Under the pieces are notes generated by a model, which worked only from the letters and a program-made list of their open reading frames with translations, had not been told where the DNA came from and did no database searches. Positions 32,522-41,927 of a stretch of 59,305 bases of DNA are shown one piece after another (positions within the stretch are counted from its first letter, which is position 1; each line of letters starts with the position of its first letter). A program made the translations under genes and the position numbers. The stretch is from the NCBI GenBank assembly GCA_964565795.1, contig CAZMGC010000001.1, positions 8,855 through 68,159 of the forward strand, read 5' to 3'. Source of the DNA: an uncultured Gammaproteobacteria bacterium. Lineage in GTDB: Bacteria > Patescibacteriota > Microgenomatia > Levybacterales > UBA12049.

Positions 32522-32908
32522 ATGAGTAACCTCAACGTTCTAATTTTTGTTGAAAGTAGATACAAGGTTAATAGAAAGAGGATTCGAACTGCGCTAGCAA
32601 ACTTACTTAGTGAACAAGGCGTTAATTCTCCTGTGGAAGTTTCAATTGCAATTGTAGGGGATCGCAAAATGCGTGAGCTTTCAAAAAAATATAAGGGAGA
32701 AGACAAAACACGAAATATTTTATCTTTTTCTTTAACTGAAGGAGAAAAACATGCGACTCCATCTGACATAATCAGACTTGGAGATATCGTAATTTCTTAT
32801 CCCGTTGTAATTACAGAGGCAGCTCGTGACGAAGTTTTAGTGGATGACAAAATTGATGAGCTAGTAGTTCATGGAATGAGTCATCTTTTGGGATTACACC
32901 ACGAGTAA
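32522..32908 (+). CDS. ybeY: rRNA maturation endoribonuclease YbeY
   Basis: The zinc motif VHGMSHLLGLHH at the C-terminus, and LSFSL...GDI.IS. Confidence 0.85.
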   Translation: MSNLNVLIFVESRYKVNRKRIRTALANLLSEQGVNSPVEVSIAIVGDRKMRELSKKYKGEDKTRNILSFSLTEGEKHATPSDIIRLGDIVISYPVVITEAARDEVLVDDKIDELVVHGMSHLLGLHHE

Positions 32909-32913
32909 GTTTG

Positions 32914-34269
32914 ATGGTTTTTTATTTAAAATATCGCCCCAAGAAAATATCTGATTTAGATAGTAGTGAACTTGTCGAAAAATTAACAAGTATATTAAAA
33001 GGAAAGCTTCCAGATAAAATTCCGCACGCCTTTCTTTTTACTGGACCAAAAGGGCTTGGAAAAACTTCTACGGCTAGAATTTTAGCAAAAGCTATTAATT
33101 GTACCAATAGAAAAAATGACGAAATCGAGCCATGTAATAAATGCGACTCATGTAACTCTATAAATAATGGATCTAATTTAGATGTTTTGGAAATTGATGG
33201 CGCATCTAACAGGGGAATTGATGAAATAAGAGATCTTCGCGAGAAAATTCGTTTGGCACCAGTTAATTCTCTTAAGAAAATTTATATAATTGATGAGGTT
33301 CACATGCTTACGACTGAGGCTTTTAACGCACTTCTTAAGACTTTAGAGGAGCCGCCTGATCACGCATTTTTCATGCTTTGTACTACTGAAGTTCAAAAAG
33401 TCCCTGAAACAATTCTATCAAGATGCACAAACATTAAGTTTACTAAAGCAACACTTGCAGACTTTATAAGTTCTTTTGGGCGTATTTCAAAAGGCGAAGA
33501 TTTAAGAATAGATAAAGAAGCGCTGGAGCAATTAGCTAGACTTTCTGATGGATCATTTAGGGATGGCGCAAAGATTTTGGAAGAGTTGAGTGCGTCTAGT
33601 AAAAATATAACACTCAACTTAATTGAAGAGAAATACAAAACTCAGTCGATTGATAAATCAGTAACAGATTTGATTGAAAGCTTTAAAAATAAAGATTCAA
33701 AAAAAGGAATTCAAATTGTTTCTGAGCTTTCAAATGAAGCCGCTGACTTTAAGTTAATAGTAGAAAGTCTTATAGACAGATTGCATAAAAATTTGCTTTC
33801 TGGGGTTAACGGAGAAAAAACCGATTTAGGTTTGGAAAGCACAAAAAAGCTTATCGAAATGTTAGTTAAAACTCATACGAGCATTAAGTATGCAGTTTTA
33901 CCACAACTTCCATTAGAGTTAACAATTATAGAATGGGCAGCGATTTCAGGCAATGTAATTGAGTCAAAACAGGTGGATAAAGAGGAGAAGTTTGTTGCGC
34001 TATCAGCAAAAAAGCCTCTTCCAAAAGCTACTGAAAATGGTAATATATTAGAGTCTCTTATTGAAGAAATTAAAAAAGAAAATTTCTCAATCGCCGGAGT
34101 TTTACGAGGTTGTAAAATAGAGAAATCAAATGACAAAGAACTAGTTCTTTCTACGGAATTTAATTTTCATAAAGAAAGGCTAAGTGACGAAAAAATAATA
34201 AAATTGGTAGAAGAAAAGATTGAAAAATTAACAGGGAAAAAGATTAAATTTATAATTGAATTAAAGTAG
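32914..34269 (+). CDS. dnaX: DNA polymerase III subunit gamma/tau (short form)
   Basis: KYRP..I.DL, P-loop-like FTGPKGLGKTSTARILAKAINC, Zn module C.KC.SC, DEVHMLT..AFNALLKTLEEPP and SRC. The track start 32911 is a TTG one codon upstream of the ATG. Confidence 0.9.
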   Translation: MVFYLKYRPKKISDLDSSELVEKLTSILKGKLPDKIPHAFLFTGPKGLGKTSTARILAKAINCTNRKNDEIEPCNKCDSCNSINNGSNLDVLEIDGASNRGIDEIRDLREKIRLAPVNSLKKIYIIDEVHMLTTEAFNALLKTLEEPPDHAFFMLCTTEVQKVPETILSRCTNIKFTKATLADFISSFGRISKGEDLRIDKEALEQLARLSDGSFRDGAKILEELSASSKNITLNLIEEKYKTQSIDKSVTDLIESFKNKDSKKGIQIVSELSNEAADFKLIVESLIDRLHKNLLSGVNGEKTDLGLESTKKLIEMLVKTHTSIKYAVLPQLPLELTIIEWAAISGNVIESKQVDKEEKFVALSAKKPLPKATENGNILESLIEEIKKENFSIAGVLRGCKIEKSNDKELVLSTEFNFHKERLSDEKIIKLVEEKIEKLTGKKIKFIIELK

Positions 34270-34315
34270 CCCATTCGTTGTTTTAAAAACAACTTAGGGC
34301 AAAGGAGGTGATTTT

Positions 34316-34594
34316 ATGAACAATCCATTTGGACAAATAGGTGAACTTAAAAAAATGAGAGATCAGGCTATGCAAATTCAACGTTTGCTATCAGCAGAGG
34401 AGGTAGAGGTTAACAAAAACGGAGTTGACATTACAATCACTGGGGACCAAAAAATTAAAGAGATTAAGACTAACGGAAGAAGCGATAATGACATTAAAGA
34501 AGCAATAAATGAAGCTGTAAAGAAATCTCAAGAAATCGCAGCAAAAAAACTTGCAGGAATGCAAGGAGGATTAGGAGGATTACTAGGAAAGTAA
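34316..34594 (+). CDS. ybaB: YbaB/EbfC-family nucleoid-associated protein
   Basis: 92 aa in the conserved dnaX-ybaB-recR neighbourhood. Pattern M....Q.Q..L....VE........ITI.GD.KI..I. A perfect SD, AAGGAGGTGAT, lies upstream. Confidence 0.85.
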   Translation: MNNPFGQIGELKKMRDQAMQIQRLLSAEEVEVNKNGVDITITGDQKIKEIKTNGRSDNDIKEAINEAVKKSQEIAAKKLAGMQGGLGGLLGK

Positions 34595-35499
34595 TGTTAA
34601 TTTTTTCAGGAACTTCAAATCCTGCATTAGCTAAAAAAATTGCCGGAAAATTAGATACCAAATTATCTTCTCTGGAAATATTTAAATTTCCGGATAAGGA
34701 AGTGAGGATTAGAGTATTAGAGAAGGTTTTAGATAAGCACGCTATTGTTGTGCAGTCAACCGGAGTACACCCCAACCACTATTATATGCAGCTTTTCTTT
34801 ATCCTGGATGCTTTAAAAAGAAGCGGAGGATCTGAAGTTACGCTTGTGATTCCATATTTAGGCTATCAAAGACAAGACCACATTTTTAGAAGTGGAGAAG
34901 CAGTTTCTCTGGAAGTTATTGTAAACCTTATTAAGGCGATGAAAGTTGATAGGGTAATTTCATTTGATCTTCATGCGCCACGCATTTCAGAGTTTTTTAT
35001 TAATAAAAGAATAAAGATGGATCATCTTTCAGCTCTTCCTGTTTTTGCAAAAGAAATCGAGAAAATGGATTTAAAAAATGTGGTTTTAGTAAGTCCAGAT
35101 ATGGGAGGAATCAGAAGAATTAAAATTTTAGCAGGACTTTTAGGAGATCAAGTGCCTTGTATTTCAATAGAGAAGAATAGAGACCTTAACACAGGAGAAA
35201 TCGAATCAAACAAGATTAATGGAGAGGTTAAAAAAATTGCTGTTGTTGTGGATGACGTAATTTCTACAGGAGGCACACTTATTGCGGCAGCGGATTTACT
35301 TAAGAAAAATGGCGCAGAGGAAGTGTACGTATTTGCCACACACGGAATTTTTGCTGGAGATGCACCCACAAATCTTCAGAAATCAATTATAAAAAGGGTA
35401 ACAATTGCTGATACGATTGAGGTTAGACCAAAGAGAAGATTTGAAAAACTCCATGTGGTTTCTGTTTCTCCTTTAATTGCCGAAGCACTCAAGAAATGA
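34594..35499 (+). CDS. prs: Ribose-phosphate pyrophosphokinase
   Basis: IFSG.SNP.LA..IA..L, YLGY.RQD, and the PRPP-binding loop VVVDDVISTGGTL. Confidence 0.9.
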   Translation: MLIFSGTSNPALAKKIAGKLDTKLSSLEIFKFPDKEVRIRVLEKVLDKHAIVVQSTGVHPNHYYMQLFFILDALKRSGGSEVTLVIPYLGYQRQDHIFRSGEAVSLEVIVNLIKAMKVDRVISFDLHAPRISEFFINKRIKMDHLSALPVFAKEIEKMDLKNVVLVSPDMGGIRRIKILAGLLGDQVPCISIEKNRDLNTGEIESNKINGEVKKIAVVVDDVISTGGTLIAAADLLKKNGAEEVYVFATHGIFAGDAPTNLQKSIIKRVTIADTIEVRPKRRFEKLHVVSVSPLIAEALKK

Positions 35500-36098
35500 A
35501 AGTACCCAAGTCTATCCAAAATCTAATCGAGTCGTTCGAGAAGCTTCCGGGCGTTGGTCCGAAAACGGCCCAGCGTTTGACCTTTTATCTTCTTCATGTT
35601 CCTCAGTACGAGCTCGATAAATTTGCCTCGAGTTTAACTTCCTTAAAAACGGGGACAACCATTTGCTCTAATTGTTTTACTGTAGGAGAAAGTGATCCAT
35701 GCGAAATTTGTGAAGACACTAATCGTGATCAAGGACTGATTTGTGTGGTTGAAGAGCCGCTTGACGTTTTGGCATTGGAGCGCGGAGGAAAATACAAGGG
35801 TGTATATCATGTTTTACATGGAAGAATTGATCCTTTAAATAACATAGGTCCGGATGAAATTTACATTGATAAATTACTTGAAAGAATTAAAAAATCACAA
35901 ATTTCAGAAATTATTTTAGCGACCAATCCGACTATGGAGGGAGAAGCTACTGCAATGTACATAACTAAGCAAATAAAATCTCATAATCCAGACATTAAGT
36001 TATCTAGAATTGGGCGTGGTTTGCCAATAGGCGCGGATTTAGAGTATGCTGATGAAGTAACCCTCCAAAGAGCTTTAGAGGGAAGAAGTGAATTATGA
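35496..36098 (+). CDS. recR: Recombination protein RecR
   Basis: L...F.KLPGVGPKTAQRL.F.LL, Cys4 zinc finger C..C........C.IC, and a Toprim segment. Confidence 0.95.
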   Translation: MKVPKSIQNLIESFEKLPGVGPKTAQRLTFYLLHVPQYELDKFASSLTSLKTGTTICSNCFTVGESDPCEICEDTNRDQGLICVVEEPLDVLALERGGKYKGVYHVLHGRIDPLNNIGPDEIYIDKLLERIKKSQISEIILATNPTMEGEATAMYITKQIKSHNPDIKLSRIGRGLPIGADLEYADEVTLQRALEGRSEL

Positions 36099-36838
36099 AT
36101 CAGCTCGGAAGTTTTGAGGACGTAATTGAAAAAGGGCAGACCACAGTAAAAAATGCAGCTAAGGCTGCGCAAGCTGGAGCCACGAACTTTGCAAATACCG
36201 CAACAGGCCAAGTTTCAAATAATACTCCAAGTGATCACGGAACTGGCGAAGCAAATAATGCTAATGCATCAGGACAGCAGATGTCAGATGATGATGCAAA
36301 AAAATTTCTTCAGGATTTATATGGTGTAAAAAGTCCTACCCAAGATCCGCATGCACAAAACCCCACTCAACCCACTCAAGCGAATAATGCCTCTGCAAAA
36401 AAACCAGCCCAAAATCAGCAAACAGTAAAAGCCGCATTAGGTTTGGAGCGCGCTAAAAAGCCTCAAGAGAAAGTGCCAACTCCAAAGGAAACTATTAAAG
36501 CCGCATTAGGAATTCCAGGAGAAAAGCCAAAGACAGAAACTCCAACTACTAGAGAAACCGTGGTAACTGCAATGGGTTTGCCAAATGCATTAAGTGATAC
36601 GAAAACCCCAGAGGAGCAGGCAAAAATTGAAGCTTTAAGAGGAGAGCTTCATGGTGCATATTATAGGGATTTAACAAAACCACAACAGCAACAAGAGGAG
36701 TCAGTAGTCGAAAAATTGGAGAGGGAAGATCAGGAGAAAAAGCTCGCAGATCTTGAAGAATCTAAGAAGAAACCACCACCTCTCCCCGCAACTACAAAGC
36801 AGGGAACAGGTGAAAATGTAGTTGGAGTTTCGGGATAG
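36095..36838 (+). CDS. Low-complexity Gln/Pro/Thr/Lys-rich protein with three ~22-aa internal repeats
   Basis: Repeats TVKAALGLERAKKPQEKVPTPKE, TIKAALGIPGEKPKTETPTTRE and TVVTAMGLPNALSDTKTPEE. ATGA overlap with the recR stop. Confidence 0.55.
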   Translation: MNQLGSFEDVIEKGQTTVKNAAKAAQAGATNFANTATGQVSNNTPSDHGTGEANNANASGQQMSDDDAKKFLQDLYGVKSPTQDPHAQNPTQPTQANNASAKKPAQNQQTVKAALGLERAKKPQEKVPTPKETIKAALGIPGEKPKTETPTTRETVVTAMGLPNALSDTKTPEEQAKIEALRGELHGAYYRDLTKPQQQQEESVVEKLEREDQEKKLADLEESKKKPPPLPATTKQGTGENVVGVSG

Positions 36839-36890
36839 TTTGCAATTTTCCTCAGAGCAGTTTGCCTCAATTTAAGGTAAAATAAGAAAA

Positions 36891-38198
36891 ATGAGAATTT
36901 ATAATTCACTAACTCGTAGTGTTGAGGATTTTAAGCCCCAGATAGACACAGTAACAATATACACCTGCGGGCCTACTACTTATGACTTCATGCACATCGG
37001 AAATCTTAGAACTTTTCTTATGGCGGATCTTTTTGAAAGAGCCTTGAGATTTAACGGTTTGAATCTTAAGACGGTTCAAAACATAACTGATATTGATGAT
37101 AAGATTATTCGAAGAGCACAGGAGCGGGGAATAGGAATTTCAGAGCTTTCACATGAATTTGAAGAGTTTTTCTTTAGTGATATAAAAAGTTTGAACATAT
37201 TACCTAAAGACATGGTAACGAAAGCTACAGCTTATGTTCAAAAAATGGAAGACTACATCGCAGATCTTATAAAAAAAGGATTTGCTTATGTCGAGAAAGA
37301 TGGATCTGTTTATTTTGATATTTCTAAATTTTCAGACTACGGAAAATTATCAAGAATTGAAGCCGCAAATCTAAAATCGGGCACAAGAGTTTTATCTGAT
37401 GATTATTCTAAAGATGATGTTCAGGATTTCGCACTGTGGAAAGCAGAACCAAAAGACGCCGTAGGTTACGCTTCACAGTGGGGATGGGGAAGACCTGGCT
37501 GGCATATAGAGTGCTCTGTCATGAGTCAGGAAAATTTAGGCGAAACTCTAGATGTCCACATGGGTGGAATTGATTTGCTTTTTCCTCATCACGAAAATGA
37601 AATTGCCCAATCAGAAGCTAAAACCGGAAAACAATTTGTAAATTATTGGATACACGGTGCATTTATATTAGTGGATGGAAAAAAGATGAGTAAATCTTTA
37701 GGAAACTTTTATAAATTAAAAGACATTATTGATAAAGGAATTGACCCTCTAGCTTTAAGATATTTATATTTACAAACTCACTACAGACAGGAAATGAATT
37801 TTACATGGGAAGCTTTGGAGGCCGCACAAACAGCTTTAAATAAATTGCGAAGGAATTATTCCGAAGCAAAATCAGGTAACGAAAAACTCCCATCAGGATT
37901 TTCTGAAGCAATTAATGATGATTTAAATATGCCACGTGCTTTAGGAGTTGTCTGGGAAAATATTGGGAGCTTGTCAAAAGTATCACTTGATAAAATTGAT
38001 TCTGTTTTAGGTTTGAATTTATCCCAAAAAGAAGAAGAAATTGAAATTCCATCAGATATTAAAGTGTTGGTAGATAAAAGGGAGGAAGCAAGAAAATCAG
38101 GAGATTATGAGAATGCAGACAAGATTCGTAATGAGGTTGAAAGCAAAGGATTTGTTATTGAAGATTCTAAGGGTAGAATAAGGATTAGAAAAGCTTAA
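36891..38198 (+). CDS. cysS: Cysteinyl-tRNA synthetase
   Basis: YTCGPT.YD..HIGN.R (HIGH motif), WHIECS, HHENE and KMSKSLGN. Confidence 0.95.
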   Translation: MRIYNSLTRSVEDFKPQIDTVTIYTCGPTTYDFMHIGNLRTFLMADLFERALRFNGLNLKTVQNITDIDDKIIRRAQERGIGISELSHEFEEFFFSDIKSLNILPKDMVTKATAYVQKMEDYIADLIKKGFAYVEKDGSVYFDISKFSDYGKLSRIEAANLKSGTRVLSDDYSKDDVQDFALWKAEPKDAVGYASQWGWGRPGWHIECSVMSQENLGETLDVHMGGIDLLFPHHENEIAQSEAKTGKQFVNYWIHGAFILVDGKKMSKSLGNFYKLKDIIDKGIDPLALRYLYLQTHYRQEMNFTWEALEAAQTALNKLRRNYSEAKSGNEKLPSGFSEAINDDLNMPRALGVVWENIGSLSKVSLDKIDSVLGLNLSQKEEEIEIPSDIKVLVDKREEARKSGDYENADKIRNEVESKGFVIEDSKGRIRIRKA

Positions 38199-38524
38199 AC
38201 TTTTCCTTCTCCAGGCTGACGGGGAGCTTCTGGTTGTGCTGGTTTTGGAGCCTGATCGCTAAGAGATCCTACTTGATGAGGAGCTAAACCTCTTATTTCA
38301 TCGACTACAGCTTCTGTTTCATGTTCACCTAACCTATTTACGTCATCAACTCCAATAATTTCTCCCATTGTTCTGTTTGGTCTATTTCCCGTAACTCTTC
38401 TCAGAATTCTTGTTGCTAATGATGGGGCTTGTTGTTCGGTAAAAGGAGCTCCAGTAGAATCAAGTCGTCCATGTTTTTCATCTGTTACTTTTTCTAAATC
38501 AATATCTGGATCTAGGTTAGTCAT
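38195..38524 (-). CDS. Hypothetical protein (109 aa), atypical composition with a Pro-rich tail
   Basis: ORF in a raised-GC segment with its own promoter. Overlaps the cysS stop by 4 nt. Tail APKPAQPEAPRQPGEGKV. Confidence 0.5.
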   Translation of the reverse strand: MTNLDPDIDLEKVTDEKHGRLDSTGAPFTEQQAPSLATRILRRVTGNRPNRTMGEIIGVDDVNRLGEHETEAVVDEIRGLAPHQVGSLSDQAPKPAQPEAPRQPGEGKV

Positions 38525-38535
38525 ATCAATAATCT

Positions 38536-38564
38536 AATATAGCAGAAATTCTTTTCCTTGACAA
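38536..38564 (-). promoter_or_regulatory. Putative promoter TTGTCA-17-TATATT, 11 nt before the ATG at 38524
   Basis: rc of 38559-38564 is TTGTCA and rc of 38536-38541 is TATATT. Confidence 0.55.
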
Positions 38565-38626
38565 AATTCTGACATGAAAAACTGTAAAGTATTTGTTCAA
38601 ATCTGAATTTATGTTAATCTTTAATT

Positions 38627-39562
38627 ATGCTGCTGAGTCTGGCTCTATATGTAATAGCATTTATTTTCATTTGGTTTGGTTCTGGGTTTATTGTTTCATC
38701 TACTAGCAAATTTTCCAATAAGCTTAGATTGTCTTCATTTGCCTTTTCGTTTATTTTCTTAGGTCTTCTAACTTCGGTTCCAGAGTTTTCAGTGGGAATT
38801 CAGGCTGTTGCTGAAAATGATCCGGAAATATTTGTAGGTAATCTTATTGGAGGAATACCAGTGCTTTTTCTGATTGTTATTCCTACTCTTGCCATTTTTG
38901 GTAGGGGGATTAATCTAAAGAATGAGTTAAAGAATAATACTTTGTTTATTACAATGGGTGTAATTTTGGCACCATCAATTGTAGTTCTGGATAAAAAAGT
39001 ATCAAGTTTTGAGGGAATAATTCTTGTAATTCTTTATATCATTTTAATTTTTAGCATAGAAAGAAGAAATGGAATATTTGATAACGAAAACTCCAAGTTT
39101 TTCAGTATTAAATCCTATTCCTATAAAGATATATTAAAAATTCTAATGGGGATCGGAATCGTTTTTATATCAAGTAATATTATTGTTGAAAAGACAATTT
39201 ATTTTGCAGATATATTGAATATTTCGGCTTTTTATGTGGGTTTAATAGCAGTTTCTCTGGGCACAAATATCCCTGAGCTATCAATTGCGATAAGATCAGT
39301 GATCGAAGGTAAAAAAGATATAGCTATGGGAGATTATTTGGGTTCGGCAGCCGCAAATACACTTCTATTTGGAATTTTTACAATTCTTAATAAGGGAGAA
39401 GTTTTAACAGTTAATAATTTTTACATAACATTTTTATTTGTATCAACCGCCCTTTTTATTTTTTACTATTTTTCCAGAGTGAAAAATTTTATATCCGGAA
39501 AAAATGGGATTTTTATGATTGCAATTTACTTAATTTTCGTTCTGCTTGAAGTCACTCGTTAA
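38627..39562 (+). CDS. Ca2+/cation antiporter (CaCA / YrbG-like sodium-calcium exchanger family)
   Basis: About 10 TM helices with two alpha-repeat-like motifs, LGLLTSVPEFSVGI and LGTNIPELSIAI. Confidence 0.8.
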   Translation: MLLSLALYVIAFIFIWFGSGFIVSSTSKFSNKLRLSSFAFSFIFLGLLTSVPEFSVGIQAVAENDPEIFVGNLIGGIPVLFLIVIPTLAIFGRGINLKNELKNNTLFITMGVILAPSIVVLDKKVSSFEGIILVILYIILIFSIERRNGIFDNENSKFFSIKSYSYKDILKILMGIGIVFISSNIIVEKTIYFADILNISAFYVGLIAVSLGTNIPELSIAIRSVIEGKKDIAMGDYLGSAAANTLLFGIFTILNKGEVLTVNNFYITFLFVSTALFIFYYFSRVKNFISGKNGIFMIAIYLIFVLLEVTR

Positions 39563-39563
39563 C

Positions 39564-39592
39564 TTGACATTGATTTCTAAAATAAGTAGTCT
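39564..39592 (+). promoter_or_regulatory. Putative promoter TTGACA-17-TAGTCT, 7 nt before the ATG at 39600
   Basis: TTGACA at 39564-39569 (2 nt after the upstream stop) and TAGTCT at 39587-39592. Confidence 0.55.
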
Positions 39593-39599
39593 AATTTAG

Positions 39600-40316
39600 A
39601 TGGGTAAATTCTTGAGAAATATTCTATTGGTTTCTTCAGTAATACTTTTAGCAGGAGTATTTTACACTACAAACTCATTTGCTAATGAAGAGGAAGATGC
39701 TGATGTTGCGTCCGAGGCGACTCAGTCTGTTAATGCTACTCCTACGATAAAAAACTTTAAGGCAGAAAATGTTAAAGAGAGAATTCAAAACGCTAAAGAG
39801 AAGAATAAGGATCTTAAGGAGAAAAGAGAAGCGAGAATAACGGAAATGAAACAAAAAAAGGAAGAAAGATTGTCTGAAGCGAGACTTAAAGTATGCGAAG
39901 CAAAAGAAAAAAATATTGAAAATCGTGTTGAGATGATGAAAAAAAGAGCAGAGGTAATACATAAGGGGCACGAAAAAATTTATCAAAGAGTAGATGAATT
40001 TTATAATAATAAGTTGGTTCAAAATGGATACATTCTTTCAAATTATGCCGACTTGAAATCAGAGGTGGTTGCTAATAAGGAAAATGTTAAAACTGCTTTT
40101 GAAACTGCAAAAGCAAGTCGTGAAGAGTTTGACTGCAATTCCGCAGATCCAAAAGCTCAAGTAGACGCATTTAAAGATGATATGAAGGAATTGATCGAAG
40201 CGAATAAAGCTTATAAAGAATCAATCCATGTATTCGTAAAAGCGGTTCGTGATTTAGCAAAAACTGTAACTCCCGTAAAAGTTAGCCCATCGTCAGTAGA
40301 GGAGGTAAGTGAATAA
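39600..40316 (+). CDS. Secreted Lys/Glu-rich coiled-coil protein (hypothetical)
   Basis: Signal-like N-terminus (ILLVSSVILLAGVFYTTNSFA), then a charged helical sequence. Confidence 0.6.
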   Translation: MGKFLRNILLVSSVILLAGVFYTTNSFANEEEDADVASEATQSVNATPTIKNFKAENVKERIQNAKEKNKDLKEKREARITEMKQKKEERLSEARLKVCEAKEKNIENRVEMMKKRAEVIHKGHEKIYQRVDEFYNNKLVQNGYILSNYADLKSEVVANKENVKTAFETAKASREEFDCNSADPKAQVDAFKDDMKELIEANKAYKESIHVFVKAVRDLAKTVTPVKVSPSSVEEVSE

Positions 40317-40708
40317 TGGATCCAGTAAATAACCAAACTCAGCAAGTAAATCCGATTAATCCAAATCCTGTTTCAGTTCCGCCCTCAAGTCCAGCCCCTG
40401 AACAAGTCGGAAATCCAGTCAGAAAAACTGATAAAAAATTCTTACTTTATGGTGTTTTGATTGGCCTAATAGTAGTTGCAGTAGTAGGGGTTGCGGGTTT
40501 CTATATGATGTTTGGTGTTAATAAGGACGCTAATGAGGTTTCCGTAGTTTCCTCGGATGTGCCTCAAGTTACAACTACGCCTGTATCTAGTGAGATTTCG
40601 GAAGTAAAAGACACAACCGATCTGGACAATCTTATCGTGAGTCTTGCCGAAGCAGATGGAGAGCTTGATAAAGAATTAGCAACATTAGAAAAAGACTCCG
40701 AATTTTAA
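40316..40708 (+). CDS. Single-pass membrane protein with Pro-rich N-terminus (hypothetical)
   Basis: 130 aa with a central TM helix (FLLYGVLIGLIVVAVVGVAGFYMMF). Start overlaps the upstream stop (TAATG). Confidence 0.55.
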   Translation: MDPVNNQTQQVNPINPNPVSVPPSSPAPEQVGNPVRKTDKKFLLYGVLIGLIVVAVVGVAGFYMMFGVNKDANEVSVVSSDVPQVTTTPVSSEISEVKDTTDLDNLIVSLAEADGELDKELATLEKDSEF

Positions 40709-41826
40709 ATTTGATTTGGGTCCACTTTTATAATTCGGTCGTCTCCGCTGCTTGGATTTCCTCTACCATCTCGGTTACTTGTTGAGATGTATAAAAGATT
40801 ATCAGGTCCTAAAATGACATCTCTAATTCTTCCAAATTCATTTAAGAAATGTTTGGTAATTAAAGCATTTCCGTTATTAACTTTTAATTCATATAAGGCT
40901 TCGCCTCGAAGTCCTGTGTAAAACAGTGAATCTTTATAAAACACAGCTCCTCCTGGTGCCCACGTCTCATTCCCACTTTGAGCAAGAGGAGATTGCATCC
41001 CAGATTTAGATTCTGAGCCTTGAATTCCAGGCCATCCGTAATTTCTACCAGAAAGAATAATATTTACTTCATCATACCCTGATGGGCTTGATCTTCCATG
41101 TTCAGTTTCCCAAAGTCTGTCAGTAGAATCCCAAGTGATTCCCTGTGGATTTCGGTGTCCGTATGAATATATAAGGTTGTTAAATGGATTCCCTGGGGCT
41201 GCCTTTCCGTCATCTGTTGTTCTTAAAATTTTTCCAGCAAGTGAATTTGTGTTTTGCGCTAATGATGGCTCTAGAGAATCTCCGGTGGTCACATATAGAA
41301 AATTATCAGGGCCAAACTTAATTCTTCCTCCATTATGGTAAATGGCGCCTGGAATGTTATCGATTATTACAGTTCTTTCAGATAGGGAATTGTTGCTGAA
41401 TTTATATCTTACAACTTTATTTTTTGTGTTATTTCCATCTCCCTGATATGTATACATGACATACAAATATTTATTTTTGGAAAAATTAGGATGAAGCGCT
41501 AAACCCATAAGTCCTCCTTCACCATATTCCAAAACATCTGAGATTTTTTCAATTGTAGTGATATTTTTATTTGAAATTAATTTCAATGATCCATTCCTTT
41601 CTGTAAATAAGATTTCATTGGTAGGGAGGAATACCAAAGACCACGGTGTTTCTAGATTTTGTGCGACAATTGCTACTTTCTCTGGAGTTCCATTAGTAGA
41701 ATCAGTGTTAATAGTGTTGTTAACTACGATAGGATTTTTATTATTCGGAATAAGACCATTTTTGTATTGGTTAATAAAAACGCCTGCGATAATTACTACT
41801 GCAATAAATAGAATAATCTTTTTCAC
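40705..41826 (-). CDS. PQQ-dependent sugar (glucose/sorbosone) dehydrogenase-like beta-propeller
   Basis: Signal/TM N-terminus, GL.GLALHP.F, YGHRNPQG..WD and NYGWP. Confidence 0.8.
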   Translation of the reverse strand: MKKIILFIAVVIIAGVFINQYKNGLIPNNKNPIVVNNTINTDSTNGTPEKVAIVAQNLETPWSLVFLPTNEILFTERNGSLKLISNKNITTIEKISDVLEYGEGGLMGLALHPNFSKNKYLYVMYTYQGDGNNTKNKVVRYKFSNNSLSERTVIIDNIPGAIYHNGGRIKFGPDNFLYVTTGDSLEPSLAQNTNSLAGKILRTTDDGKAAPGNPFNNLIYSYGHRNPQGITWDSTDRLWETEHGRSSPSGYDEVNIILSGRNYGWPGIQGSESKSGMQSPLAQSGNETWAPGGAVFYKDSLFYTGLRGEALYELKVNNGNALITKHFLNEFGRIRDVILGPDNLLYISTSNRDGRGNPSSGDDRIIKVDPNQI

Positions 41827-41885
41827 AATATTATCTTATAATTTTTTAGGTTCTTTTAGAAGCTGCATTTTTAATATTAAGTTCG

Positions 41886-41914
41886 TTGACTTTAGCCTCA
41901 AATGAGAGTATAAT
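41886..41914 (+). promoter_or_regulatory. Putative promoter TTGACT-17-TATAAT, 13 nt before the ATG at 41928
   Basis: TTGACT at 41886-41891 and TATAAT at 41909-41914. Confidence 0.6.
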
Positions 41915-41921
41915 TTGAGGC
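41895..41921 (+). promoter_or_regulatory. Perfect 9-bp inverted repeat (operator-like) spanning the spacer, -10 box and start site of the AlkD-like gene promoter
   Basis: GCCTCAAAT (41895-41903) and ATTTGAGGC (41913-41921), separated by 9 nt. Confidence 0.4.
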
Positions 41922-41927
41922 ACAAAA

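Noticed and set aside
33691-33712. Slippery run in dnaX (TCA AAA AAA GGA). A -1 shift would reach a TGA after 6 codons, recalling E. coli tau/gamma frameshifting.
   Set aside because: The site is at codon ~262 of 452, so the truncated product would lack clamp-loader domain III. A7 runs are frequent in this AT-rich genome. No downstream stem-loop was seen.
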